Source of the DNA: Paraphysomonas bandaiensis
Taxonomy: Eukaryota; Protista; Chrysophyceae
Reading direction: 5' to 3'
Length of the DNA stretch: 28,124 nucleotides
NCBI GenBank assembly: GCA_965644295.1
Contig: CBFFRP010000103.1
Location: 1 to 28,124 of the forward strand
Below are positions 1 through 10,778 of this stretch, in pieces. The position numbers and the translations under genes are program-made. Numbering within the stretch: position 1 is the stretch's first letter; each line of letters begins with the position of its first letter. Below the pieces are notes generated by a model. It was not told where the DNA came from. It ran no database searches and worked only from the letters and a program-made list of their open reading frames with translations.

Positions 1-126
1 GTAATAACCATGTCTGCCTAATCTAGGTTTTAATATCTTATCTGTATTATTGTTCTTTACATTTCCTTTATTTGATATACTATAATTATTGTTGTATCCA
101 TCAATCACTTTCCATTCTTCAGCCAT
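1..126 (-). CDS. N-terminus of a NUMOD4-motif (HNH homing endonuclease-like) protein; runs off the left edge of the window
   Basis: Manual translation from ATG at 126: MAEEWKVIDGYNNNYSISNKGNVKNNNTDKILKPRLGRHGYY. This fits the NUMOD4 pattern (E-W-K-x-I-x-G-Y...Y-x-(I/V)-S-N-x-G-x-V...L-K-P...G-Y). Too short to appear in the ORF track. Confidence 0.8.
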   Translation of the reverse strand, partial: MAEEWKVIDGYNNNYSISNKGNVKNNNTDKILKPRLGRHGYY

Positions 127-160
127 TGTAATATATATATATGTATATAATAATTTCTTT

Positions 161-253
161 TTAAACCATTTTATATATATTTTCAATCTGTTTATGATTT
201 TCTGCATTGAAGATAGCATTATTACTTGTTTTCGGCTTTGTATAAATTGACAT
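161..253 (-). CDS. Short 30-aa ORF of unknown function (MSIYTKPKTSNNAIFNAENHKQIENIYKMV)
   Basis: ATG-to-TAA ORF on the same strand as, and immediately upstream of, the NUMOD4 ORF, with a similar TATATA-rich leader. Confidence 0.25.
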   Translation of the reverse strand: MSIYTKPKTSNNAIFNAENHKQIENIYKMV

Positions 254-396
254 CTATATATAATATAGCATTACATTATTATATTCTATATTTAAATTAG
301 AATTCAAGGTTTTATGAGTTTTTGCTTAAAGCTTCGCCATTATATCACTACAACTACATTCCAGAGCTTTAAGCATTGCCATTAGACATTATTATA

Positions 397-567
397 AAAA
401 AGTCATATAGATAACAAAGTAGATTTAATAAGTAGTTTTAATGGTAGAATCCCGGGGTTTTATAACCTTTACAAATTTAAATTATTTTTCATTTTAATTT
501 TTCCCTCTCTCTATATCTACTATTAAATCTACTTATTAAATCTACTTTGTTATCTATATTACTTTTT
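397..567. repeat. 52-bp inverted repeat (arms 397-448 and 516-567, 3 mismatches)
   Basis: aaaaagtcatatagataacaaagtagatttaataagtagttttaatggtaga versus the reverse complement of 516-567, aaaaagtaatatagataacaaagtagatttaataagtagatttaatagtaga. Confidence 0.9.
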
Positions 568-684
568 ATTATAACAATATAAATAATATATAAAGTTATT
601 AATTTTATTTAAGAATATAAATAATATATAAAGTAATTATAACTTATTAATAATAAGTTATAAGTTAAACTTACAAAGAGAAGG

Positions 685-707
685 AATTACAACCGAAGGT
701 TGTAATT
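685..707. repeat. Perfect hairpin, 10-bp stem with GAA loop
   Basis: aattacaacc-gaa-ggttgtaatt. Confidence 0.85.
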
Positions 708-1297
708 GGAAACACTCGAAGAGAAGAGGCCCCTTGAGGGGTTGGGGTAGAAAAAGGCTTGTCCTTGTCCCTTCCCTTCGTTTTTTATATCTAGAATATA
801 GAGTACTGTCATCGCTTTTTGTTTATCAATAAAATTGCTTTTTTCTCTTGAAGAACAGAACATAAATCTACATACTACGTATTATCCTGTACATTCACGG
901 TAAACAATACTAGAACTAGTAGTCAATATAACATGCAATAAGGGAATAAGAGTGTTCACAAGTTATTGAAATTTGCAACGAAGAATGATACTTAAATAGG
1001 TGAGCAATAATACATGTAGTGCAATGATATTGTGGACGTAAATGTATTTTATTGCAATGGTGGCTGGTAATATATTGCTGATGGATACTAGAATCTAGTA
1101 TGATATGCATTTTGCATATATTAAATATTAACCACTTGTAGTAGTACGTCATTGGCGTCATAGTACAAATCCTAAAGAGAACACATTTTTGAAGTAGACA
1201 ATGTAAATTAATATTATATGGGTACATTATTTGGTCGCATAATCTGTATCAATAAGTCCTTGACACATTATGAAGTCTTATTAACACCTTCGTACTA

Positions 1298-3865
1298 CTA
1301 CCTCCAACCACTAACTTTGGCAGGTTTGTTCTTTCTAATCGGAACTTTTTTTACACCTCCAGCATCAGTAATATCCTGCCGCTTCGTCCGCATTGATTTG
1401 TGAGCCCCTGTATTTGTGAAATTTTGCTCGCACTCGGATGCTGTCGATGAGGAACTGAAATACTGCGACTTCGCCTTTGACATTTGCCTGGAAATCTTTG
1501 TAGGGGACGAAGAAACATTGCTGCTAACACTCAACCCGCTGGTTTGGGACATCAAAGAAGGAGCAGATGATACAACGGTTTGTTGAATAATCTTTGGAGC
1601 AATTGTGATATTCTTTCGGGCTGCCCCAAGTTGAACTTGATTAACCTGACGCAATATTTAGGAAAAAATTATGCTGGTGCTTACAAGACAACCTGACTGG
1701 CAAACTTCAACGAGCAAAATGTCTCATGACTCGAAGCTGAGGTTGGTGATACATTGACAAGCATTAAGGTCTTTCCATCTCCTGATAAGCAGTCCTACAT
1801 AGTTTTGTAAGTCAATTTACTATCAAGATTACAACTAACTGGCACCTGAAGAAGCATCGTTAACTTAGAGTTTCTATACGGGACGTGTGACGACTTGTTT
1901 CCCAGAGCCATAAATACATCACCAAGGCATGACAAGCTTTTGTTAATATTTACAGTTTCTCGAAGTCTGGCGGCATCGGTGAGAGTTCCTGTTCTATCAA
2001 GTCTTTCTGACCCAGCCAAATCAACCAGACGCAGCCCTCCTTGAATTGATGTCCCATCTGAGTGACAGGCACGAATATCCATCATAAATAACACGTGGCT
2101 GCGAGAACTTCTTTCGTTCATTGCTGTTGAAGCTACTGTACGCGAACTATTAGCTTCCCTCAAAATTTCTTGCAACTGACGCATTCCTTCCTCCATTCCT
2201 CCCGTCTCCATCGGTACGGAGGTTAGACCGTTTACAACGACACGTTCATTTACCATTCCGATCTTCAATTTATTTTTCGTTGCAGTTGTATTAAAGGATG
2301 TCGTTGTGTCAGGTTTTTCAAGAAGATCTATCAAAGTTTCATTGTATACTTCAAGCATTGAGTACGTAGCTGTCACATCCCATCCCATCTCACGCATGGA
2401 GGTAATTTGACTGATCATGAGCTCAATCGACCTAGGAATCAGTCCCCGATCATTACCTACAGTACTTCCGGTCATAGTATGTGTCTACAATAAAAGATTT
2501 AGCTGTAATAAAAAGAAATCATAGACTAATATATTCTACCTTGCCACTGCCAGTTTGCCCATAGCTGAACACACAAACACGGTAGCCATCTAATGAAGAC
2601 TGAACAAGATCGGAAATATCTGCGAATACGTCTTCCTGTCGACTATTTTGATTGTACACTTGATCAAACTGGAAGACTTGCCCCGCACCGCGACTACTTT
2701 GCTCTGATAAAGTAACTGTTGTCCCTTCTGCATTGCATATTAGGCTTGGTTGTGGAGCATCTTCACCATCTGAGGGAAGAAAAGGACGACACCGTACAAA
2801 CACTCTCACACTTCCTTTAAGGTCCTGAATTTTGTTGTGTAGCTTACGACGTTTCCTTTCACTTTCCACTAACCGTTCTCGCAGCTCGGATATAGTTTCT
2901 ATATACAGTGCAGCGTTGTCATCATAGTCATTATCAGTGGCATCTGAAAACTTTCTCTTCCCACTGATGTCGCTTCCTCTATTACTCTCCCACTCGCTGT
3001 ATGAGCATTGACTGGACCGAGGGTTGATTGAATTACTCTTTTGCAAAGTTTCAATCTTTTCATTTGCTTGTTCCAGCTCGTGCGTCAGTCGGCTTATAGT
3101 TTCCTCCGCTGTATCACGATACCTTGCGAATGACGCATCCATATTCGCCAGTCGCGCACTGATATCAGCATTATCTTTTAGAGATATCTCTAACTCACTT
3201 TCAACAGCAGCCTTATTTTTTCTTTCCAGTACTAATTCTTGGAGAGTTCTTTCGTGAGCCAACTCTTTCATTTCTGCCTTTTCCTGTTGACGAAGCAACA
3301 CTGTGTTCTTTTCTTTCAATTCAAGCATCTCCCGTTGCAAGGATTTCACCTCTTCTTCAGCTCTACATAATTCACGAGAAGCTGCAGTCATCTGTCCCCA
3401 CAAACTCTGTCCACTATCATGGGAGCTTGTATTTTGTTGCTTAGTGAGCTTCCTCACTTCATTGGCAAGGTTATCTCTCTCTTTTTGCAGACTGTTGTGT
3501 TCATGTTGACTCAGAGCCAAAAGTTTCTCATATCTTTCATTCTGCGTCTCTAATTTCGCCAATGCTTCCTCAATATATAAATTTCTAGCTTTTAATGCCC
3601 TCTCCTTTTCATCTTTCATTTTAAGTTGTAGAGTGATCTCTCGCTTTTCTCTCTCTAACTGCTCTACACGTGAAGGGAGACATCCGTTAGAAGTACTATC
3701 AAAACTAGTACAATTCTTCGTTAAATTTTCTAAGTTTGCAATAGTGTAAGGCTGTTTATTCGATGGTGGTGAATTGCTGGGTCTGTTCTCTTTCTGATTG
3801 TCGTTAACACTCTCTTGAATATGCTGTTCTCCACTTAATGAATACATTGCAGATAAGGACTCCAT
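1298..3865 (-). CDS. Kinesin-14 (KIFC1/Kar3/Ncd-like) motor protein, about 804 aa, 4 exons
   Basis: Exons 3865-2540, 2484-1846, 1794-1693, 1645-1298. GT-AG introns of 55, 51 and 47 nt join in frame. N-terminal coiled coil, kinesin-14 neck [24 protein letters not shown]-loop YGQTGSGK|THTM, switch I NERSSRSH, switch [25 protein letters not shown]|[17 protein letters not shown]. Confidence 0.95.
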
Positions 3866-4494
3866 ATGATGAGATATGATCCAAGATTATACTTGGCTTA
3901 ATCGAGGGTATACTAAATGATCTGCATTAACAATGGATTGGCAAGAGTAGTTAGTATTGCAGAGTGTCAATGTTGCTCTATGTATCTGTATGATGTGTGT
4001 ATCAACTGCTCTGTATGGTATGTATATCCACAGAGACATACATCTGCAGTGTATGTGTGTGTGTTATCCATCAACTCCAACGGATACCTGTGTGAATACC
4101 GTGATATACAGACATATACATACGGCTCTGACTTGTGGAGGTACAACTCTGGTATACTGTGGTATAATGTGGTATACATGAAGTAATACGTATTGCTATG
4201 GAGCGTGTCATATGCCATACTCGTATATACAGTAGCAGGCATATATATGATTCTACGTCCATATACATATACTGTATATACTGTACTACGTACGTATGGA
4301 CAGTGTACAATTATACCGTATACCACTGTATCCTCTACACTTGTACATATATTCACATACACATCTAGACATTACATACAGTGTCACCTACCTCTATACA
4401 CATACATACATCTTCCACACACACACAGCATTAACACTCCCATCACATACTAACCTAACCTCATCTTATATGAATTAATCATACATTCTCTATA
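3866..4494. promoter_or_regulatory. Divergent (bidirectional) intergenic/promoter region with degenerate TG/TA/CA low-complexity sequence
   Basis: Lies between the start codons of kinesin (minus, 3865) and UVRAG (plus, 4495). TG-rich on the left half, CA-rich on the right half. Confidence 0.55.
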
Positions 4495-6288
4495 ATGAAA
4501 TCTAGAAATATTCAGGTAATCAACTCCCACTCCTCTCCCATCACACACACCCCTCTAACACATACATTATCATCAGGTTTTATCACATGGAATAAGAAGT
4601 ATACTAGTTAGAAACTTATGCCCATCTAATGGAACATTGACACATCTTCCATTTCCAGGAGTTGAGATTGCTGGCAGTAAGAAACACATCTATTCGTATA
4701 GTTATGTTGTATAATTATATATACAGTCATCCGGAACTCTGATGCTGAAATAACAACATCAATAGAGCTATTCAAAGGCAACTGTATTTCACAAACATCT
4801 AATCCATCGTGGACCACACTGAATTTCAAATGCGAAGCGTTTGCTGATCATCCTGATATTAGTGGTATGTATAGTGTGCTGTTGATAAAAGATTATTAAT
4901 ATACCGGTAGAGCTTCATATCAAAATCTATGATTGTCGACAAGAAGGCGAGGGAGAATCACTGACAAATTCCAATGTGCTAATCTATGAGTGTTTCATGG
5001 ATATAAAACGTATGGTTCGACTTGGTCCCACTGATATTACGAGTATACCGGCATTACCGCTAAATGCAATATTCTTCACTGTCGAGGATGGCGGACTAAT
5101 TATTGATGACAAGCTTTATGTCACCCTCCGTAGTAGTGGGTTAATATCTATAGCGAGTAAACAGTCCCGTATCGAAGTGGAAGAAGATGATGAAAATGGT
5201 AGAGATGAGGCAGGAGAGGTAATATTTACCATTGTTTTCTTCGATGTAACAAGATTACAGGAACGGAGGAATGAACTGCAGAAGCGAATTGACTCTTCAA
5301 CTGATGCTCTAAACTCATTACGAAATGAGACAGAGAGTCTTATATCGTCGCAGTCTGAGTTATGCAGGCAGTTGGAACACCGTCTACAGCTGACAGATCT
5401 GGATAAGGTAGATAATGCCAATATTTTTGCTCTGTGTTAATTATCTTATGTATTATTTACAGCTTCGAAGGGAGGTTGAGGAAGCCGAACGTATGGTCGA
5501 GAAGGAGAGGCGGGCCGAAGAGGAGGACATTAAAAGTATGGAAGCTGATACGGAACACCTTCGACAGGCCATTGAAGAGTGTATGGCCTTGCGCGCTAGC
5601 ATAGACAGTATATCTGCCACCACGGAAGAGAAACGAGAAGAGTTAATACGCACCAAGGTAGTACTCAATGTATGGACTATCGATATCTTAGTCGCGTGTT
5701 ATTTAGTTTATTCTCGAAGCTCGACAGCTTAAGCTTTTCTGTGAGTTAGCGAACACCGTTTACCCAATTGAACCTGTACCTTCTTCCACCCCTGCTATAT
5801 CTGAAAACGATTCAGAGAAATCTGGAACTAATGGAACATTGCCTGGAGAGGAATACACCATACGTGGCATAGAACTTCCGATGGTCATTGACACCAGGTA
5901 GTTAATCTTCTGACTGTTATATTTGTTGCACTGATTATGTGCCCATATTCACAGTCTCAAGGACGATGAACAGGTCTCCACCGCATTGGGGTATATCGTT
6001 CATCTATTACTTTTGGCCAGTAAGTATCTCCAGGTACCTTTACGTTACGAGGTAATCTACCAATCATCTCGGTCTATGATTCGCGATACAGTGACTGGGC
6101 GGGGATTAGCGTATCCCCTTTTTAAACGAGGAGTGGAGAGAGACAAATTTGATAGGGCGCTCATGTGGCTTCAAAAGGACGTAGAACAGATCATGGCTCT
6201 GAGGTCTTTTACATATGATCGGAAAAAAAGTATTCTAGGAAATCTAAAGCATTTATTTTCCTGTGAAATGTGCCGTAAATTATCTTAG
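4495..6288 (+). CDS. UVRAG: UVRAG/Vps38 (Atg14-superfamily) class III PI3K complex subunit, multi-exon
   Basis: Predicted exons 4495-4515, 4577-4676, 4727-4864, 4911-5407 (possible extra in-frame intron 5219-5260), 5463-5657, 5707-5897, 5955-6288, with GT-AG introns of 46-61 nt. C2-like SNPSW motif, a coiled coil, then RQLKLFCELANTVYPIE, YTIRGIELP, DDEQVSTALGYIVHLLLLASKYLQVPLRY, YPLF and FDRALMWLQKDVEQI, typical of the UVRAG C-terminal region. The 5' exons are less certain. Confidence 0.88.
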
Positions 6289-6542
6289 CGTTGCTGGGTA
6301 TGCCATGTATTATTTGAAAGTACTGTGTCTGTGTGTTCGAATTAGCCAGAGTGCAGTGATTGTATTTTATCATATTTCTCAACAAGTTATGGTATTGGGC
6401 ATTAAATATTAATAATATTGCTGCTACTAGTAGATATATAATTCAACTGTAAGTTGACTGCAAATTTTTCCGATTATTACTCGTGGCATCACGTGAGGTA
6501 TTTCGTACTACGTGACATCGCTTAGTCAGCATTACTTCGCTC

Positions 6543-6816
6543 TGCCCCATATTGACAGCGTAACTAATTACTGCGTGCGGCCCCCCAGTGGGTGCTGCTG
6601 AGTGTTGCGACCGCGCACTTCTATCTATGTACACATTGCTTAGTTCAGCAGTTCCCCACTCGGGGTCTCACTGCATATTCAGCGCTGAATACCGTGTGAT
6701 AATGATGTAGCTAGTTGGGTTCAGAGGTAGCTAGCAAATAACGTATGGGACTTAAATCAAGTATTAGTTAGGTACCCACCCGGCTCTACCTAAAAGTACG
6801 CGCTCAGAATGGGGCA
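6543..6816 (+). repeat. 5' LTR (274 bp)
   Basis: Begins TGCCCCAT and ends ATGGGGCA (8-bp terminal inverted repeat). Matches 11987-12237 apart from 3 substitutions and indels of 1, 20 and 2 nt. Confidence 0.92.
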
Positions 6817-6818
6817 GC

Positions 6819-7003
6819 ATGAACCGTCGCCTCTGGAATGAAATGACAGAGGTTGTTGACGTAGCTATGATGGCAGCTAATGTAGTTTAGTATCAAATAA
6901 TTGCAATTAATTGTCAATAAATTGAGACAGCAAGTAATAATTGCAATTATAATTGACCAAAACCTGCGTCAACTAATTGTCAATTAATTGGTACGCAGCC
7001 CTG
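6819..7003 (+). pseudogene. 3' end of a hAT-like transposon: transposase C-terminal tail, AATTG subterminal repeats and terminus
   Basis: 6819-6890 translates as MNRRLWNEMTEVVDVAMMAANVV*, with an N-R-x-L-W motif like hAT C-termini. 6898-6990 has many AATTG/CAATT repeats. It ends ...gcagccctg at 7003 (reverse complement CAGGGCTGC, a hAT-like terminus). Confidence 0.5.
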
Positions 7004-7408
7004 CTGACCTGTAGATCAAACCAGCAACTCGATATACACATGTAATTTAGTTGTCGTGAACATTGCAAGAATAGTCTTACTTTGCAAGAAAAATACAAAA
7101 TTCAAGCACGTAAGTGTTCATCGTGTAAGAGATAGGTAGTACTAGGTAGTACAATGCTTAGTCCACAGAAACATATTGTAGAGATAGTCGGTCTCTCTGT
7201 GTGGAGAGTTATAAAGATCTCTGTTGTAGAAAAATATTGCAAGTATAATACGATATTTCTTAATCACAGTTAGTTTCACAGCCATGCTACTGCCTATTAA
7301 CTGGCTGCTACTTATCACACCCGCCACGAAAAGGCCGTGATTATTGGGCATGTTTCTATTCAAATTTTTGAATAGTACTAAGCGCTAGGATGCCTTCCCG
7401 AACTTCAG

Positions 7409-8764
7409 TCATCGTTTGCACTTCGTCGATTGGTTATTGGTTATAATAAAGGTGACAAAGTCATTCCGTCCAGTCTCCAGCTTCGTGCATTTGAGATGTT
7501 CTGCTAGGCTACAAATAGCTATCAGAGAGTTTAGCTTCTTCCTTGCATTACGAAGTGAAAATGACAACAAGAATTCCTTCACTTTAACATCATGCTGCAG
7601 ATAACGCTTCACGTTCTCCCAAGATTTACTCACACCGCAGAAATTGGGATACAGTAGTGTGGTATCGGTAATGGGACCTGAGAAGATATCTTCAGTAACG
7701 CATTTGAATGACGGATACATCATTCTATGCCACTTGGTCACATCGTCATCAATATCCACAAGCTCAATGCATGTGCGATTAATTAGTTGCTCAATGTTCT
7801 TCATTCCCATAGAGGTGTACTTTTCGATAAGTTCGGAGATGAAGAGGAAGAGAAATCCACAATGTCCATCCATCAGGCGTACCTTCGTGTGGCTCTGCGA
7901 GCAGAACATACTCGCCAGTTGTTTGCTACGCAATAGCTGATCTCTTTGCGCCGCGTTGGGCGAATTGTCCACATTTGCCTTAAGAGCTGTCAGCAATAAA
8001 TTAATGTATGGCTTGTATAATTTGAATACATCCATATTAGTCTTGACCCATTGAGGGATCGGTGGAGGATTACCAGCTTGAAGTCGAGGTTGGAGGTTGT
8101 TTGTACGCTTATTCAAGGCTTCGTCCAGCAGTAACTGTGCTAGATACACTCCCATGGCATCGTTTTTTCCAGTGTACATTGCAAGGTAACGCGCAATGAC
8201 TTCTTGCTGGTGGTGGCGAGAGCAGTAGTGAAAACGATTTGCATCAAGCGCTCGCTGGCACTTTGCATGAGCACATTCCCGGTGAACGAGAGAAAATGTG
8301 AGAGGATAGCTCTGGGGTGTGAGGGAATAGAGATGAATCATGATTTGCTCCAACATTTCATTCTTTGTACTTTTCGAGCCGAGGTTGAGGGCAGTATAGA
8401 TCACTTCAACTTCTAAAACACTTAATGCGGCTTTAGTAGAAATGCGATCATTCTGACCTTGATGAAACACGAATTGGAACAGTCCGGCACCAAGAGAAAG
8501 AGTGACCTTTCCTTTCTTGTGTGGGTATTGATTCAACGGACACGTAAGGTACGCTTGATACAAACATGCCTCCAATTTGTTCTTAACGTCCATTACATTT
8601 CCACTGAAGTTGGTTCCACAGAGCTCTTTACCTAAGTCTATGACGGCGGACTTGGTACATTGCTTGAGAGTAGTTGGCTTCTCGTGGATATCACGAATTT
8701 GAAAACGGAGATAATTCGTTGGATGTACGAACACGATACTTTTCAATTGAGGGGATGTTTGCAT
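7409..8764 (-). CDS. 451-aa intronless protein: central CxxxxC...CxxH Zn-finger and C-terminal putative SAM-dependent methyltransferase-like fold
   Basis: Long uninterrupted ORF. CAHAKC-x11-CSRH; then VRLMDGHCG, IELVDID, EDIF and LLYPNFCG in the order expected for class I methyltransferase motifs I-IV. The fold call is by eye. Confidence 0.6.
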   Translation of the reverse strand: MQTSPQLKSIVFVHPTNYLRFQIRDIHEKPTTLKQCTKSAVIDLGKELCGTNFSGNVMDVKNKLEACLYQAYLTCPLNQYPHKKGKVTLSLGAGLFQFVFHQGQNDRISTKAALSVLEVEVIYTALNLGSKSTKNEMLEQIMIHLYSLTPQSYPLTFSLVHRECAHAKCQRALDANRFHYCSRHHQQEVIARYLAMYTGKNDAMGVYLAQLLLDEALNKRTNNLQPRLQAGNPPPIPQWVKTNMDVFKLYKPYINLLLTALKANVDNSPNAAQRDQLLRSKQLASMFCSQSHTKVRLMDGHCGFLFLFISELIEKYTSMGMKNIEQLINRTCIELVDIDDDVTKWHRMMYPSFKCVTEDIFSGPITDTTLLYPNFCGVSKSWENVKRYLQHDVKVKEFLLSFSLRNARKKLNSLIAICSLAEHLKCTKLETGRNDFVTFIITNNQSTKCKR

Positions 8765-10586
8765 GGTTTCTTCTGGTAACTGTTGTTGCTTGTTGCTTGT
8801 TGATTGTTACTCTTTGATGTTAATCAAGAATGTTGATATGACAAGAAGGAAAGTTTCTCACAAGAAAGAAAAGTACGCAATGTATATTTTAGAAGTATCT
8901 TCAAGAGACACTAGTACGCCTTTTTTTCATTCTAAACTACTGCAATTCATCATTTTTTGTCACACAGTTATGAAAAATAGTCATTTTAGTACCACTTATC
9001 AACAAAATAAGTGGACTTTTTCACCCCTAGGTTAGAAAAAGTCCATACATAGCTACGTACTGTATATGGGACAGAGAGACCACACAAAAGAAATTTCCTC
9101 AACACAGAACACACACCGTCCTGTACGTACAGGAATATACATACAATACATACACAGTACAGTACATACAATACATACAATACTGTATTACAGGGGTTTT
9201 AGTGCATAAAAGTGCCAGTTTTTGCGTGAAACATATTTTTCACAGGGTGATGCACATATTTGGCTGTGATGTGCATACAGCACCATCTGTATTCTGTGGA
9301 TGTGGTATACATAGGTATACGTGTACGTATATGAGTGTATATCTGTGAGTGACTTCGAAGTGAATGTGATGTGGATATATGCATATATGAGTACATGATT
9401 CAGAGGCTCTGCTGCTGCCTCTACTCACAGACACGAGTGAGGACTATGAACAGTGTGTGGTCATAGTGGTGTGTAGTGGTGTGTGCTCCTCATGAGGAGA
9501 GAGACTCGTATGATCATATGAATAATACCGCAGCAGATACACACATATACATACAGAACACCCACACACATATACATGCATAGACCGCATGGAGCACCCT
9601 GAATAGCCATATAACTGAACCAGAAGCGTTCACCACTAATGTGCTCCTGAGTGTGTTATTTCTATGTATGTTTGAGTGTGTTATGGATGGTTCTGTAGGA
9701 GCATAAGCATGTGTATCCGTTAGAAGACTGTAACACTATTGTTAACCGAGCTGGTGGTGACTATCCATATGATGACTTCCTCTATAGGGATAACATATGA
9801 ACAATATAAGAGTGTGGATCAGTTGTGGGAGTGGTGAGAGTGTATGTATCATTTCAACGTATGTAGGCCCCGTTGCTTGAATCGTACGCTTCGCCTGATG
9901 GCATGGAATACAGCACATCATTTCTATAATTGTCGAGATGCCATTAGGGCCTGAATCATATCTGTTATGACCCTAAAAGATCTCATCGCTGTCGTCAAAA
10001 AGTAAGTTGTAGTTGTTCTCAGGATCTGCAGATCGATATCTACCATAAGAAGAACATTTCAATTATAGTCGCCATTCGCATATGCAGTTGGGCCACTACC
10101 TGCTGTATATGTTTTGGTGATGTATGTGTCGTAATTAGCCTGCTCATTAAATATGGTGTTCAACCCGGTGAAGCTAGAGTGAAACGTTACGTTAGTCTGA
10201 TATAGGGTGTTTGAAGCCTCGGGATGATGAGCGCTGTGTGCTAAATGCAAAGCTGGAAAGAATAGTCGAACTAAAGGCCATCAATAATAAGTACAGTATT
10301 ATATACGCAACAGGCTAGTATTACACTATGATTGATAAAAGTTAATAATATCCATTGGATTATTATATCTCGCATAATAATTCATTTAATTGGTTAGTGA
10401 TATGAGCGATAAACTGGTACCAGAAGTCATAGATAGCTAGCACGAGTGTTCTTTGAGAATATAAATTGTAATAATGAAGAGGTTGCAATGACGCGAGTGT
10501 CCTGTAGGAAGAGGTGCTCTGAAGCGAAAGAAGGGCGAAGGGCTGTGAATGAAGCAAACACGATGGGTGGAAAAATAAAGTTTTGA

Positions 10587-10778
10587 GTGTCCAGCGAGGT
10601 GGTGGTGGGGTGGATAAATATGCCGAGCGCAAAGTATCACCTCAAGCGTGGAATGTGTATCGCGTATCACTGGTTGAAGTGGGTGGTAATGAATGACCTT
10701 CCTTTTTCTTTTGTAGAAAAACCATTGACACTAATGAACACCACGTTGAGTACTATTGACACGCACGGTTTAATTTAG
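10587..10778 (+). pseudogene. Degenerate hAT-like transposase fragment (N-terminal region)
   Basis: YHWLKWVVMNDLPFSFVEKPLT resembles the W-V-V...L-P-F-S-F-(V/C)-E motif of hAT transposases. The frame is closed by stops on both sides. Confidence 0.55.

Larger units (their letters stand above)
1..800. mobile_element. AT-rich segment, probable edge of an endogenous viral element (Polinton-like virus/virophage/giant virus) or other mobile DNA
   Basis: Much more AT-rich than the flanking host genes, with a NUMOD4 ORF, TATATA runs just before the ATGs, and several hairpins/inverted repeats. The right boundary is approximate. Confidence 0.45.

Noticed and set aside
916-1403. Short ORFs downstream of or antisense to the kinesin 3' end
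   Set aside because: No motifs; probably UTR/intergenic or shadow frames.
3917-4478. Several overlapping Tyr/Ile/His/Cys-rich ORFs
   Set aside because: Translations of TA/CA/TG low-complexity intergenic DNA with no domain signal. The same applies to ORFs at 8986-9434 and 13793-14193.
6543-6816. The 0.26-kb repeats as two independent MITEs or solo LTRs
   Set aside because: Neither copy has its own TSD (cgctc/gcatg and ggggg/cgctc), whereas the outer flanks match and a PPT precedes the right copy.
9420-10260. Captured host exons inside the LTR element
   Set aside because: The sequence texture is suggestive, but I could not build a consistent reading frame or recognise a protein.
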